From NCBI GenBank assembly GCA_020723385.1, contig DYIZ01000025.1, positions 1 through 50,912 of the forward strand: a DNA stretch of 50,912 nt, given 5' to 3'. Of the stretch, positions 1 to 10,523 are shown piece after piece. This DNA comes from Candidatus Aquidulcis sp. (GTDB lineage: Bacteria; Chloroflexota; Anaerolineae; Anaerolineales; UBA4823). The position numbers and the translations under genes are program-made. The notes beneath the pieces were generated by a model. It did not search any database. It was not told the origin of the DNA and was given only the letters and a program-made list of their open reading frames with translations. How positions within the stretch are numbered: the first letter of the stretch is position 1; each line of letters starts with the position of its first letter.

Positions 1-76
1 GTCGGGGCGCCGGGAGTTGAACCCGGGACCTCTTGCACCCCATGCAAGCGCGCTAGCCGGACTGCGCTACGCCCCG
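1..76 (-). tRNA. tRNA-Pro (anticodon GGG); the 3' end abuts the window edge, so a CCA tail cannot be confirmed
   Basis: The reverse complement folds as a cloverleaf. Acceptor stem CGGGGCG pairs with CGCCCCG. D-stem GCGC with loop AGTCCGGCTA. Anticodon stem CTTGC/GCAAG with loop ATGGGGT (U33, then GGG). Variable loop AGGTC. T-stem CCGGG with loop TTCAACT. Discriminator base is A. Confidence 0.85.
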
Positions 77-130
77 TTCAATGCGGGCAGATTATAGCCT
101 AATCATTCTGATCTGGCAACCCTGAAATTG

Positions 131-176
131 ACGCCAAAAATCAAGACCTCACAGGTTTCAAAAACCTGTGAGGTCT
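131..176 (-). terminator. Rho-independent terminator downstream of sucD
   Basis: Perfect 15-bp stem (agacctcacaggttt / aaacctgtgaggtct) with a 3-nt loop at 144-176. On the minus strand it is followed by TGATTTTTGG. Confidence 0.7.
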
Positions 177-221
177 CTCTCCTTAGAAACGCGACAGTCG
201 TATTGACTCTCGCCAGATAGG

Positions 222-1085
222 TTATTTCAACAGCAAGGGGATTTCTTCGGGGTGCTTGGCAACCTTGACTCCGGCATCCTGGAGCGCTTTGACTTTGTCG
301 GCTGCCAGTCCGGAGCCGCCTTCGACGATCGCGCCGGCGTGGCCCATTCGCTTGCCGGGAGGGGCGGTTTGTCCGGCGATGAAGCTGACCACCGGTTTGG
401 TCATCCGGTTGGAAATAAATTCGGCCGCCTTTTCCTCGTCGGTGCCGCCGATCTCGCCGATCATGACGACTTTCTCGGTTTTCGGGTCGGCTTCGAACAT
501 ACCCAGGCAGTCAATGAAATTCGTCCCATTAATGGGGTCGCCGCCAATGCCGACGCAGGTGGAGACGCCCAATCCCAACAGCTTGAGGGCGTAAACGACT
601 TCGTAGGTCAGGGTGCCCGAGCGGGAGACGACGCCCACATTGCCGGGGATGGAAATATTGCCGGGGATGATGCCCACTTTGCACTCGCCGGGGGTGATCA
701 ATCCCGGGCAGTTAGGGCCGAGCAGGCGCACCTTTTTCTGATCCAGGTAGTTGCGCACACGCATCATATCCTGCACGGGAACGCCCTCGGTGATACAGAC
801 GATAAACGAGACGCCCGAGTCGGCTGCTTCGAAGATTGCATCGGCTGAGAAGCGCGCCGGGACGAAAATGACGCTCGTGTTTGCGCCGGTCGCTTCGACA
901 GCGATTTTCACAGAGTCGAACACCGGGATTTTCCCGTCCAGCACCCACTCACCGCCTTTGCTGGGGGTGACTCCGGCTACGACGTTCGTTCCGTAAGCCA
1001 TCATTTGCTGGGTATGGAAAAGGCCCTCGTTACCAGTGATGCCCTGCACCACCAGGCGGGTGTTTTTATTAATCAGGATACTCAT
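222..1085 (-). CDS. sucD: Succinyl-CoA synthetase alpha subunit
   Basis: 287-aa ORF with CoA-binding and ligase-CoA motifs typical of SucD (GITGNEG..., phosphohistidine loop GHAGAIV). Lies immediately downstream of sucC. Confidence 0.95.
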   Translation of the reverse strand: MSILINKNTRLVVQGITGNEGLFHTQQMMAYGTNVVAGVTPSKGGEWVLDGKIPVFDSVKIAVEATGANTSVIFVPARFSADAIFEAADSGVSFIVCITEGVPVQDMMRVRNYLDQKKVRLLGPNCPGLITPGECKVGIIPGNISIPGNVGVVSRSGTLTYEVVYALKLLGLGVSTCVGIGGDPINGTNFIDCLGMFEADPKTEKVVMIGEIGGTDEEKAAEFISNRMTKPVVSFIAGQTAPPGKRMGHAGAIVEGGSGLAADKVKALQDAGVKVAKHPEEIPLLLK

Positions 1086-1090
1086 GGGAA

Positions 1091-2227
1091 TCAGCCTCCC
1101 TTCGCAGCGGCCACGGCTTTTTGGGCAGCGTCGGCCAATGTTTCAGCGGTTATCATGTTAGCGTTCGCCAGTAGTTGTCGGCCTTCTTCAGCGTTGGTTC
1201 CCACCAGGCGCACGACCATCGGAACCTTGGGTTTGACCTCGTCCATTGCGATGAGGATACCTTTGGCTACTTCATCACATCGGGTGATGCCGCCGAAGAT
1301 GTTGAACAAAATGGCTTTCACATTCGGGTCGGAGAGGATAATTCGCATTGCCGCCGACACTTTATCGGCCCCAGCGCCGCCGCCGATGTCGAGAAAATTA
1401 GCGGGTTCGCCGCCGAATAATTTGATGATGTCCATCGAAGTCATCGCCAGCCCGGCGCCGTTGACCATGCAGCCAATGTTGCCATCCAGCTTGATGAACG
1501 ATAGCCCATACTTGCGGGCCTCGATCTCGGACGGAGCTTCTACGTCGAGGTCGCGCATCTCCGCAAGATCGGTGTGACGGAAGAGAGCATTGTCATCAAT
1601 CAACATCTTGCCATCTACGGCAATCAGTTGGTTGCTGCCGGTAATGACCAGCGGGTTGATCTCAGCCAGGGTGGCGTCGCACTCCTGATAAGCTTTCCAA
1701 AGTCCCATCGCGATCTGGAGAAATGCTCTCCAGTGTTCGCGCGGCAGGTCAATGCTGGCGGCGATGTCGCGCGCCTGGTAGTCGCGTAACCCCAGGAGCG
1801 GATCAATATGTACTTTGATGATTTTCTCCGGGGTCAGGCGGGCGACTTCTTCGATTTCGACGCCGCCGGCGGCGGAGCACATCATCACGGGCTTGCGTGC
1901 TGCCCGATCGTTGGTGATGCCGAGGTAGATTTCTTTTTCGATGTTGGCGGCTTCATCAACCAGCACTTTTCGCACTGGCAGCCCTTTGATTTCCATAGCC
2001 AGGATGTGTGTGGCCAGTTCCTCGGCTTCCTGCGGGGTTTTGGCAAGCTTGATGCCCCCGGCTTTGCCGCGCCCGCCCACCAATACTTGCGATTTAATAA
2101 CAACGCGGCCACCCAGTTCTTCGGCGATTTGTCTCGCCTCTCTTGCGGTAGCCGCTACCCGCCCCTTGGGGATCGGGACGCCATACTTGGCGAATATCTG
2201 TTTAGATTGGTATTCGTGCAGTTTCAT
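1091..2227 (-). CDS. sucC: Succinyl-CoA synthetase beta subunit (ATP-grasp)
   Basis: 378-aa ORF starting [18 protein letters not shown]..., typical SucC. There is a 5-bp gap to sucD. Confidence 0.95.
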   Translation of the reverse strand: MKLHEYQSKQIFAKYGVPIPKGRVAATAREARQIAEELGGRVVIKSQVLVGGRGKAGGIKLAKTPQEAEELATHILAMEIKGLPVRKVLVDEAANIEKEIYLGITNDRAARKPVMMCSAAGGVEIEEVARLTPEKIIKVHIDPLLGLRDYQARDIAASIDLPREHWRAFLQIAMGLWKAYQECDATLAEINPLVITGSNQLIAVDGKMLIDDNALFRHTDLAEMRDLDVEAPSEIEARKYGLSFIKLDGNIGCMVNGAGLAMTSMDIIKLFGGEPANFLDIGGGAGADKVSAAMRIILSDPNVKAILFNIFGGITRCDEVAKGILIAMDEVKPKVPMVVRLVGTNAEEGRQLLANANMITAETLADAAQKAVAAAKGG

Positions 2228-2286
2228 GCGGTGACTCCACGTTTGAATGGGCCAACGATGTCTTGTCGGCTTGGTGTAAAAGCGCC

Positions 2287-2318
2287 GTGATTATACCATG
2301 CGCGATTTTTCACGGGTT
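2287..2318 (-). promoter_or_regulatory. Putative sucCD promoter with an extended -10 (TGgTATAAT)
   Basis: The minus strand reads catggTATAATcac (-10 at 2290-2295 with an upstream TG), about 63 nt before the sucC ATG. The -35 is weak (GTGAAA-like). Confidence 0.3.
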
Positions 2319-2357
2319 ATGCCGTTTGTAATGAGAATGATCTGATACTTTTCCCTT

Positions 2358-5300
2358 TCAGATTTCGGAATTTTCCAGAAGACGCATGAAAGTTTGAACG
2401 ACCTGCGGATCGAAGAAACGCCCCGCCTGGCTCTGGAGGTATGTCTTGATCTTCTCCATTGGCCAGCCTTTTCGGTAAGGCCGGTCGTTGCGCAGCGCGT
2501 CCCATACGTCTATCACCGAGAAGACCCGCGCCACCAATGGGATTTGCTCTCCCTTCAGGCCACGCGGGTAGCCGCTGCCATCCCATTTCTCGTGGTGGCA
2601 GTAAGGAATATCCAACGATGGGCGCAAATAGGTGATCGGCCACAACAAATCATAGGCATAAGTGGGATGCTTGCGCATCGTTTCCCACTCTTCGCCGGTC
2701 AAATCGTACGGCTTTCTGAGGATCCCATCTGGGATTGCCATTTTACCGATATCGTGGAGCAGCGACCCACGACGGACGTTGATCAGCTCGTTTTCGGGTA
2801 TCCCGATGGCCCGCGCCAGCACCAACGTCGACTCCGTCACCCGTTTGGTGTGGCCTTCAGTTTCCTGGTCACGCAGGTCGAGCATTTTGATCCAGCCTTC
2901 GAGGGTGGTGTCGTAAGCCAGCTCCAGCTCGATGTTGGAGCGCTGCAAGTCGTTGAAGAGGGTGGCGTTGTCTATGGCGATAGCAGCCTGCCCCCCCAGG
3001 GTTTCGAGGAAATTAAGCCATTCGGCGTCCGAATTGAGCGGGGAGCGGTGGAATAATTCCAGCATTCCTTTGAGCTGGCCTTTGGCGATCAACGGAACAG
3101 CGTAATAGGCGACAAAGGACTCGCCTGCCAGCCCGCGCTGCTGGATAAATTCGCCGGGAGCCTCGAAGAGATTGGGAATCCTGACCCCGTGGCGTTCGAG
3201 CGCCGCCCGGCCGGTGATGCCCTCGCCGAGTTTGATGCGCGCCCGGGTGATGCCATAAGTCCTGAAGCCGCGGCTGGCTGAATATTCCAGGCATTGGATG
3301 AATGGATTGAAGAGCAGCACGTCACACGCATCCACGTTGAGTTGGAGCGTTAGTTGATCGAGCAAAACGTTAAGCGCCACTTGCAGGTCGAGGCTGGAGT
3401 TGATCGCCATATCTACCGTGCGCAGCGCCGCCAGACGGTTAACCCGGCGCTGAGTCTGCTCGTGGAGGGTGGCCCGGTAAATGGCATTGGCGGCAATGTC
3501 ACCGATGGCGGTGAGCAGGCGGATGTCGTCGCCGGAAATCGGCGCAGCCCGGCCGACCCAAAGGACGCCCAAGGTCAATCCCTGCGCCATCAACGGGATA
3601 CAGGCCGCCGACCGGACGAGTGATAATGGCATGGGGGTATCGTTTTGGGCAGAGTTGCTGAGGAATGCCTGGCCGGTATCAACGACCATCTGACTGGTTT
3701 TAGGGTTTGTCAACGGCGAGCCGCTGGTGCGCACCCACACCCCGCGCGCCGATTCGATGTAGGTCAATTGCCCCGAGGCATCAGTGTTAATCAGGGCTGT
3801 CCCCTGGGCATCGAGAAGCTGGAGCGCGTTTTCGAGAACGGCGCTGACCGTTTCCTGGCGGGTTTGAGCGGCCCGGATAGAAGCAGCAAATGCAAGGATG
3901 GCTTCGCGCTCGCGTTCGCGCTGTTTTCTGGCAGTGATGTCACGACCAACACCCAGCAGTGCGTTTGGCTGGCCGTGCGCATCGGGTATGGCTCGGATAC
4001 TCATTTCCATGAGAAAGCTGCTGCCATCGCTTCGGAGCACGGTGTATTCAGAGTTGTGGACTTCGTAGGTATACAGTCTTTGGTTAATGGCGGCTTTGGC
4101 GCTTTCGCGCTCTTCGGGTATGATCAAATCAAAGGCATTAAGTCCGATTATCGCATCAACGGCATCCACCCCATTCAATTTGGCAGTTTGTTGGTTGCAA
4201 AGCAAGATCGTCCCGTCGAGCTGGGTGAGCATGACGGCGTCGGGAGATGTCTCGACCAGGGTGCGATAATGCTGTTCGCTGGTACGGCGCGCTTCTTCCA
4301 TGCGTCTGCGCTCGATGGAGATTGCAATCTGGCCCGCCAGGGTGACCAGCAGCCGTTGGTCATCTTCAGTGAAATTATTGATTTTGGCGCTTTCAGCATT
4401 GATCACGCCAATAACCCGCTCGCCAAGCTTGATCGGCACGCACAATTCGGATTTTGCGGTAAAGAACAACCCAAAATAATCAGCGGAGGTCGTCGCGTTG
4501 GTGATGCGGATTGGCTGACCGGTGGCCGCCACGCGCCCGGTGATGCCGCTCCCAATCGGGATGGTATATCCCAGGAATTCGGGGGTGATCTCTCGATATG
4601 AAGGGTGAAACCTGAGAACCTGAGCGCTTTCATCGAGCAGCAGAAGACCAAAATTGTCGGGAAAGAAAGTATTCCCGATGATGTCAGTCACCTGTTCGAT
4701 GAGATCATTTTCACTGGCGGCGTTTGTCCCGGCAAGCGCCAGGTTGTGCAGAACGGTTAATTCTTTGAGCTGGCGCTGCAACGCGTTTTCGGCGCGTTTC
4801 CGCTCGATTGCCATCGCTACCTGAGTGGAAACGAACATCAAAATATCTTTATCTGTCTCGCTAAAGCGGATGCCTTCTGTATAACTTTGGACGACCAAAA
4901 CGCCAACGGTTTTCTCATCTGCCTTGAGGGGCACCCCCAGCCAGTCAATGGACGGCGATCCAATTTCCTTGACTTCGCCCTGCATAACCAGCCTGGTAAA
5001 CACTTCGGGTGAGGCGAGCAGCGGTTGGCCTGTGCGAAGCACATATTCTGTCAGGCCATTGCCGGGTCTTCCGGGGGCGGTAGGCTCATCGAACTGGTCT
5101 ACGAAATAGGGGAAGCTCAACAGGTCATCATCTTCGTCGTAAAGGGCAATGTAGAAGTTGTCAGCCGGCATCAGTTGACTGATGGCGGTATGAATGGCGT
5201 AGAAGATCTCATCCAGGGTTTGGGCAGAGTGAGCTGCTTCTGAGATTTCGAGAGTTGCCTGACGGACTTGCTTGTTACGGCTGCTCAATATTGCTGCTCC

Positions 5301-7340
5301 CAGAATACCGGCGGCAGTGCGCAGGGCATCCATCTCGGCGGGTGACCAGTCTCGCTGGTTTGTACATTCATCGAAACCGATAAAGCCCCACCATTCCTGG
5401 CCGGCGAAGATCGGAACCACTAAGATGGAGTAGATCCCTTGCGGTTCCAGCACTGTCCGCTCGGTTTCAGGAAAATCGTAGACATGACCGGAGATGTTAC
5501 GGTTGTCTTGCAATTCCCGCGCCCATCGTTCGAGTCCGCCTTCTCGGTAGGGAAGTGATTGCAGTTCCTTATTGTCAATTTGAACAGAAATCCCCTCGGC
5601 AACCCATTCGTACCTTTGACTGCACATCAATTGCCCATTGCTGGCCAAATGGTTTTCGAATAAATAAACCCGGCTGACCTGGGCGGCTTTTCCAAGCCGG
5701 GCAATTACCCTCTGGATGTGGATATTCCAGGCTGCCTCTCCAATGAATTGTTCTGCGGCAAAACTGATGGCTTCCAGGATTGCATCGTGGCGCATGAGCG
5801 CTTGTTCGGCTTCTTTGCGGGCAGTGATGTCGCGGTTGACGCCTAAAGTGGTAACGTAATTGCCTTGCTCGTCGCTGACCGGCACAACGACGATATCCAG
5901 GTAGCCTTGTGTGCCATCCTTGCGAACAAACTTTACTTCATCAACCCAGCGCCGATCTTTGAGGATGCCCCATTGGATTTTCTCCTGTAGGCCAGGCCTA
6001 TCGGATGGCAGATGAATGATCGAGGGAGATTGTCCCAATAATTCTTCTCTTGAATAGCCGAAAACGCGCAGGCAAGCTGGATTGCAATCTATGATCTTGC
6101 CATCGGCATTGGTCAGGAGTACCGCGTCAAACATGTTCTCGAAGGTCAAAGCCTGACGGCGCAGTGCTTCCTCGGCATATTTTTGTTCGGTGATATCGGA
6201 GGTGACTATGAATTGGCTGACGACTTTAGTATTCTCGCGCACATCGCTATAACGGTTGCGAATACACCGCCGCTTACCATCAGGCCGGATGATCCAATAT
6301 TCGCTCTCGTCAATTGTTTTGCCTTCGGTCCGGGCGGTGTCGGTGATTTGCGCCAAATTGGCTTTTTCTTCCGGAACAATGAAATCCTCGATGCTGGCTG
6401 CATTCATCATGGTTGCCTGATCTCTGCTGAAGATTTCACACAGGCGATTGTTGACATAAACAATGCGACCCTGTTCGACGATGGTCAGGCCGTTTTGAAT
6501 GTTGTCGGCCATCCGGCGGAAGCGGCTTTCACTGTCGCGCAGCGCCTGGATCATAGCTTCGCGTTCGGTTAGATCACGAATGTGAACGATGACCACCTGG
6601 GTTTGATTGACAGTTGCCAGCCGCGTGCTGACCTGGCATGGGAAGCTCTCGCCGTTTTTTCGTTTGTTGTAGGCCTCGATGAATAACCCGCCAGTCGTCA
6701 GCTCTTCTGTGATGAGACCGGGTAGAGATGCTTTAATTTCGTCCGGGACGAGGTCTTCGACGGAGAGGTGTACCAGTTCCTCGTGGGTGTAGCCAAACAT
6801 TTGGCAGGCAGCCTCATTGCAGTCAAGGATATGGCCCTCGATCGTTTCGACGAAGATGGCTTCCGGTGCTGCGTCGAACATCGCCCGGTATTTGGCCTCG
6901 CTTTCAGTGAGAGCGATAATATTGTCCTGATCATCCGTTATATCCACCCCTGTACCAATGATGTATTCGATTTGCTGCTTGGCATCCAGGAGAACGGTGT
7001 TTTTCCAGCTAATCTGTCGGCGGTGACCTTTTTTTGTGACCCAAAAACTTTCGTAAGTTGTCGGATATTGCCCGCCAGAAATATTCTGGAAGGCTTGCTT
7101 GATTGGTTCGACATCATCTGGCTTGCAAGCCAACTCCCAAACATATTTGCCACGAACCTCATCCGCTGTATAACCTGTAAGCTGTTCGCAAGAATGATTA
7201 AAAAAGACGACTCTCCCCTCGGCATCAATGACAGTAACAAAGGCAGGGGTGGTGTCCAGAACTGCGGATGCAAAACGGCACTCATTGAGGGTGCTTTGCT
7301 GCGCAGAGCTGGCAGAGTCGTTTGATTTTACCTGGATCAT
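2358..7340 (-). CDS. Multi-sensor signalling protein: several PAS and GAF domains with a C-terminal HD-GYP phosphohydrolase domain (predicted c-di-GMP phosphodiesterase)
   Basis: 1660-aa ORF. The N-terminal and internal segments look PAS-like and repeat (e.g. ...VFFNHSCEQLTGYTADEV...); several GAF-like blocks are present. The C-terminus carries HD...HDIGK and HHEKWDGSGYPRGL, the HD-GYP signature. A GGAGAA ribosome-binding site precedes the ATG. Confidence 0.85.
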   Translation of the reverse strand: MIQVKSNDSASSAQQSTLNECRFASAVLDTTPAFVTVIDAEGRVVFFNHSCEQLTGYTADEVRGKYVWELACKPDDVEPIKQAFQNISGGQYPTTYESFWVTKKGHRRQISWKNTVLLDAKQQIEYIIGTGVDITDDQDNIIALTESEAKYRAMFDAAPEAIFVETIEGHILDCNEAACQMFGYTHEELVHLSVEDLVPDEIKASLPGLITEELTTGGLFIEAYNKRKNGESFPCQVSTRLATVNQTQVVIVHIRDLTEREAMIQALRDSESRFRRMADNIQNGLTIVEQGRIVYVNNRLCEIFSRDQATMMNAASIEDFIVPEEKANLAQITDTARTEGKTIDESEYWIIRPDGKRRCIRNRYSDVRENTKVVSQFIVTSDITEQKYAEEALRRQALTFENMFDAVLLTNADGKIIDCNPACLRVFGYSREELLGQSPSIIHLPSDRPGLQEKIQWGILKDRRWVDEVKFVRKDGTQGYLDIVVVPVSDEQGNYVTTLGVNRDITARKEAEQALMRHDAILEAISFAAEQFIGEAAWNIHIQRVIARLGKAAQVSRVYLFENHLASNGQLMCSQRYEWVAEGISVQIDNKELQSLPYREGGLERWARELQDNRNISGHVYDFPETERTVLEPQGIYSILVVPIFAGQEWWGFIGFDECTNQRDWSPAEMDALRTAAGILGAAILSSRNKQVRQATLEISEAAHSAQTLDEIFYAIHTAISQLMPADNFYIALYDEDDDLLSFPYFVDQFDEPTAPGRPGNGLTEYVLRTGQPLLASPEVFTRLVMQGEVKEIGSPSIDWLGVPLKADEKTVGVLVVQSYTEGIRFSETDKDILMFVSTQVAMAIERKRAENALQRQLKELTVLHNLALAGTNAASENDLIEQVTDIIGNTFFPDNFGLLLLDESAQVLRFHPSYREITPEFLGYTIPIGSGITGRVAATGQPIRITNATTSADYFGLFFTAKSELCVPIKLGERVIGVINAESAKINNFTEDDQRLLVTLAGQIAISIERRRMEEARRTSEQHYRTLVETSPDAVMLTQLDGTILLCNQQTAKLNGVDAVDAIIGLNAFDLIIPEERESAKAAINQRLYTYEVHNSEYTVLRSDGSSFLMEMSIRAIPDAHGQPNALLGVGRDITARKQREREREAILAFAASIRAAQTRQETVSAVLENALQLLDAQGTALINTDASGQLTYIESARGVWVRTSGSPLTNPKTSQMVVDTGQAFLSNSAQNDTPMPLSLVRSAACIPLMAQGLTLGVLWVGRAAPISGDDIRLLTAIGDIAANAIYRATLHEQTQRRVNRLAALRTVDMAINSSLDLQVALNVLLDQLTLQLNVDACDVLLFNPFIQCLEYSASRGFRTYGITRARIKLGEGITGRAALERHGVRIPNLFEAPGEFIQQRGLAGESFVAYYAVPLIAKGQLKGMLELFHRSPLNSDAEWLNFLETLGGQAAIAIDNATLFNDLQRSNIELELAYDTTLEGWIKMLDLRDQETEGHTKRVTESTLVLARAIGIPENELINVRRGSLLHDIGKMAIPDGILRKPYDLTGEEWETMRKHPTYAYDLLWPITYLRPSLDIPYCHHEKWDGSGYPRGLKGEQIPLVARVFSVIDVWDALRNDRPYRKGWPMEKIKTYLQSQAGRFFDPQVVQTFMRLLENSEI

Positions 7341-7381
7341 GCAGTTCTCCGAATGTCGAGGATATTACGGACAGATTAGAG

Positions 7382-7425
7382 TAAAAAATCCCGAAGCCGT
7401 CCCCTGGGGCTGAGGAGTCTTCGGG
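7382..7425 (-). terminator. Rho-independent terminator after the GNAT-like gene
   Basis: GC-rich hairpin cccgaag...cttcggg followed on the minus strand by ATTTTTTAC. It sits only about 45 nt upstream of the sensor gene start. Confidence 0.55.
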
Positions 7426-7452
7426 AATAAAATGTAATCTGCCTTGCGGCAA

Positions 7453-8649
7453 TTACACGGATTTACGGTAAACCCGGTGATTCTTGTAGGGCTTGCCTCC
7501 TAGATTTTCCAAATCTCGACGCATTTGCACCGCAGTTTCAGCGACCTGAGTCAGTTCAGCGTGAACGAAGTTGAAATTATGGGTATTTACGGTATGCTCC
7601 ATTTCGGCATACATCAATGCGTTTCCGCCCACCCCCTGGAATTCCGGTAATATCCCGGTTCCATTCAACGAAACCCAATCGGTGCGTTTCAATTCCAACA
7701 TCATGTCTACCAATCCAAAGGGCAACAACCGACCTTTGGCGCGCTGCATGGCTTTCGAAATGTCGGGGAAGGCCAGCAGGAAGCCAACTACGTTATCCTG
7801 ATGCGTGATCATCTTGATCAGCCGGTAATCGGCGACCAGCATGACATTATCCACCACGAATTTAATTTCTCGCTCGGTGAATGGGTAATATTCCCAGTTG
7901 TTGATAAAGGTTTTATTGTAAGCCTCGCCAAGTTGTCTCGCATAGGAGAGCATATGCTTTTTGCTCTGAAAACGAATGACTTTCAACTTGCCGCGCTCTT
8001 CGACACGCTGGGCGATGCGGTGGATGCGTTCTTCGATCTTATAGCTGTCTTTCTGGATATAACACGATACAAAGTCAACTTCTTTCGAGAACCCGGCATT
8101 TTCTAACAACCGCGGGTAATAATCGTAGTTGTAATTCATCATGTTCATCATCTGGCGGTGCTGGTATCCCTCGACGAGGATGCCATAACCATCGAGAGCA
8201 GCAAATCCCTTTGGCCCAATCAGCGTGTCCAGATTCCTGGCCTTTGCCCATTCTAATGCCCGTTCGAATAATTTGTTAGCGACTTCTTGATCGTCAATGC
8301 TATCGAAAAGATAGAAATTTGCCTTGCGGGTGTTGTGGTATTTATTGAAAGGTCTATTTTCATGAACTGCAACACGGCCAACATCTTGCCCATCCTTCGA
8401 TGCGATGAATAAAGCCGCCTCAGAATGTTCGAAGTAGGGGTGCTTATCCGGGTGGATTTGGGTCTCGCAGTCGGTCAAGAGCGGAGGTACCCATTGTGGG
8501 CAATTTTCGTAGAGTTTAAAGTGAATACGAATAAAGCGTTTTGCCTGGGCCTTGTTTCGCGGGTCAATCTGCTCGATGGTTACCATAAGTTTCTCCAAGT
8601 GGCTAGACGTGTTTTGAATCTTATCATGGTTTGTGTCAGATTTCGTCAC
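7453..8649 (-). CDS. Two-domain GNAT-like (acyl-CoA N-acyltransferase fold) protein of about 400 aa; low-GC gene
   Basis: 398-aa ORF. Its composition is visibly more AT-rich than the flanking genes. It resembles the roughly 380-400 aa GNAT-like family carrying tandem acetyltransferase-fold domains. Exact family not determined. Confidence 0.5.
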   Translation of the reverse strand: MTKSDTNHDKIQNTSSHLEKLMVTIEQIDPRNKAQAKRFIRIHFKLYENCPQWVPPLLTDCETQIHPDKHPYFEHSEAALFIASKDGQDVGRVAVHENRPFNKYHNTRKANFYLFDSIDDQEVANKLFERALEWAKARNLDTLIGPKGFAALDGYGILVEGYQHRQMMNMMNYNYDYYPRLLENAGFSKEVDFVSCYIQKDSYKIEERIHRIAQRVEERGKLKVIRFQSKKHMLSYARQLGEAYNKTFINNWEYYPFTEREIKFVVDNVMLVADYRLIKMITHQDNVVGFLLAFPDISKAMQRAKGRLLPFGLVDMMLELKRTDWVSLNGTGILPEFQGVGGNALMYAEMEHTVNTHNFNFVHAELTQVAETAVQMRRDLENLGGKPYKNHRVYRKSV

Positions 8650-9570
8650 TGGCCTGGTCGAGAGTTGTCACTTCTTCTGGGGTAAGCCGCCATCCTAAGG
8701 CGTTAACGTTGTCCTGTGCTTGCTGAATGTTCTTGACACCCGGGATTGGAACAGCGCCTTTGCAAATAACCCAGTTCAGAGCCACCTGTGATGGTAACTT
8801 GCCGCCGTGCGCCAGCCCGATCTCGCGCAGCAGTCGAACCAGCGGCTGGATTTTCGCCAGGTAAGCGGCGTTGTAAAGACGGTTACGCATCCCAGGCGGC
8901 GGATTCTCCGGCGTATATTTACCAGACAGCATCCCTTTAGCTAACGGGCTGTAGGCGATAACTGTTACACCCAATTCCTGGCAGAGCTTCAACATTCCGT
9001 TTTTCTCGATGGCTCGGTCGAGCAAACTGTAAGAAATCTGGTTAGATGCCAGTTTGACTTCCCGCCGAGACAATACACTATACGAGCGGCGCAATTGTTT
9101 CTCGTTGTAATTCGAGACGCCTACAGCCCGCACCAGACCATCCTGGCAGGCATCGGCCAGTGCTTCGGCCCAGGCTTCTACTGGGACGGGCAAGAAGGGC
9201 CAGTGAATTTGATAAAGGTCTACCTGCTTCAACCCCAACCGACCGAGACTGGCGCGCAGCGCACTCCTCAGATTGCTCCGCAACAGCCGCCAGGGAAAGG
9301 GAAAAAATTTTGTCGCTACCACCACCGGTTTTCCGGCAGCTTGGATGCATTTTCCTAGCAGTCGTTCGGATTGCCCCTGACCGTAAACTTCGGCGGTATC
9401 GAAAAAATTGATACCCTGTTCCAGCGCATAATTGAAAGCAGGCTGCAAGTTGCTTTCCGAATGGGTTTTACCGTAACTCCAAAATATGCGATCTCCCCAT
9501 TGCCAGGTGCCCAGGCCCATCGGGGGGATGGCGACATTGGTTTGCCCCAAGGAAATGAGTGGCTCGATCA
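8636..9570 (-). CDS. Aldo/keto reductase
   Basis: The aldo/keto reductase fold begins at [27 protein letters not shown]. The longer ORF in the supplied track (to 9754) runs into the ldh gene. The ATG at 9570 overlaps the ldh stop (9568) by one codon. Confidence 0.85.
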
Positions 9571-10518
9571 TTGATTGGCTCCTTCGATAGAGGTGATCGC
9601 ATCTCGCACGATAATGGCGCTGGAGTGCAAGGCGGCTGCCTCCTGCTCGTCGAGCGATGGCTGCAAGGTTGTCAGGATACCTGTTCCGCCCATCAGGTTC
9701 GGCAGGGCAATCGTCACATCTTTGACCCCCACGATCTCGGTCACAGGTGTACACACCGTCAAAATCGCGCGCTGGTCACGCAGGATGACCTCGGTAATGC
9801 GCGCCAGCGCACTGCCAATGCCATAGTAAGTTGCCCCCTTGCCTGCAATGATCTGATAGGCTGCCTGGCGAACCATTTGCTCGATCTCTTCCCGATCATC
9901 GGCGCAGATCGAGATTTTCTGCATCCCGCAAAATTCATCCAGTGGGATACCGGCCACGGTGATCGAAGACCAGGTGAGCACTTCCGAATCACCGTGTTCG
10001 CCGAGAACGTAGGCATGGATATATTGAGAGTCGATTCCCAGCTTGCGGCCCAGAATCGCCCGGAAGCGGGCTGTATCGAGTGTGGTGCCCGATCCGATCA
10101 CCCGGCTGGAGGGGACTCCAATCGAGGATGCCTCGCGCGCCGCCAGATGGGTCATCACATCTACCGGATTGGTGGCAACGAGCAAGATCGCTTCGGGCGC
10201 GTTGCCCAGCACCGCGGGAATGACCTGGTGGAAAATGGCAGCATTCCGCTCAAGTAATTGCAGGCGCGTCTCGCCGGGTTTTTGGCTGACCCCCGCAGTG
10301 ATGATCACCACCCGGCTACCGGCAAGGTCGGTGTAATCCCCGGCGCTCACCGTCATGGGGTGGGCAAATGGCACAGCGTGCAGAATATCGTCAGCTTCCG
10401 CGGCGGCGCGGGTTTTGTTTACATCAACCAACAGTACTTCGCGGCATACGCCGCGCATCACCAGCGCATACGCGGCAGTTGCGCCAACGAATCCGCTGCC
10501 TATAATGCCAACCTTCAT
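9568..10518 (-). CDS. ldh: L-lactate dehydrogenase
   Basis: 316 aa. Rossmann motif GSGFVGAT. The substrate loop [14 protein letters not shown] carries Gln, which indicates lactate rather than malate specificity. Catalytic His lies in ...VLGEHGDS. Confidence 0.85.
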   Translation of the reverse strand: MKVGIIGSGFVGATAAYALVMRGVCREVLLVDVNKTRAAAEADDILHAVPFAHPMTVSAGDYTDLAGSRVVIITAGVSQKPGETRLQLLERNAAIFHQVIPAVLGNAPEAILLVATNPVDVMTHLAAREASSIGVPSSRVIGSGTTLDTARFRAILGRKLGIDSQYIHAYVLGEHGDSEVLTWSSITVAGIPLDEFCGMQKISICADDREEIEQMVRQAAYQIIAGKGATYYGIGSALARITEVILRDQRAILTVCTPVTEIVGVKDVTIALPNLMGGTGILTTLQPSLDEQEAAALHSSAIIVRDAITSIEGANQ

Positions 10519-10523
10519 CTGGG

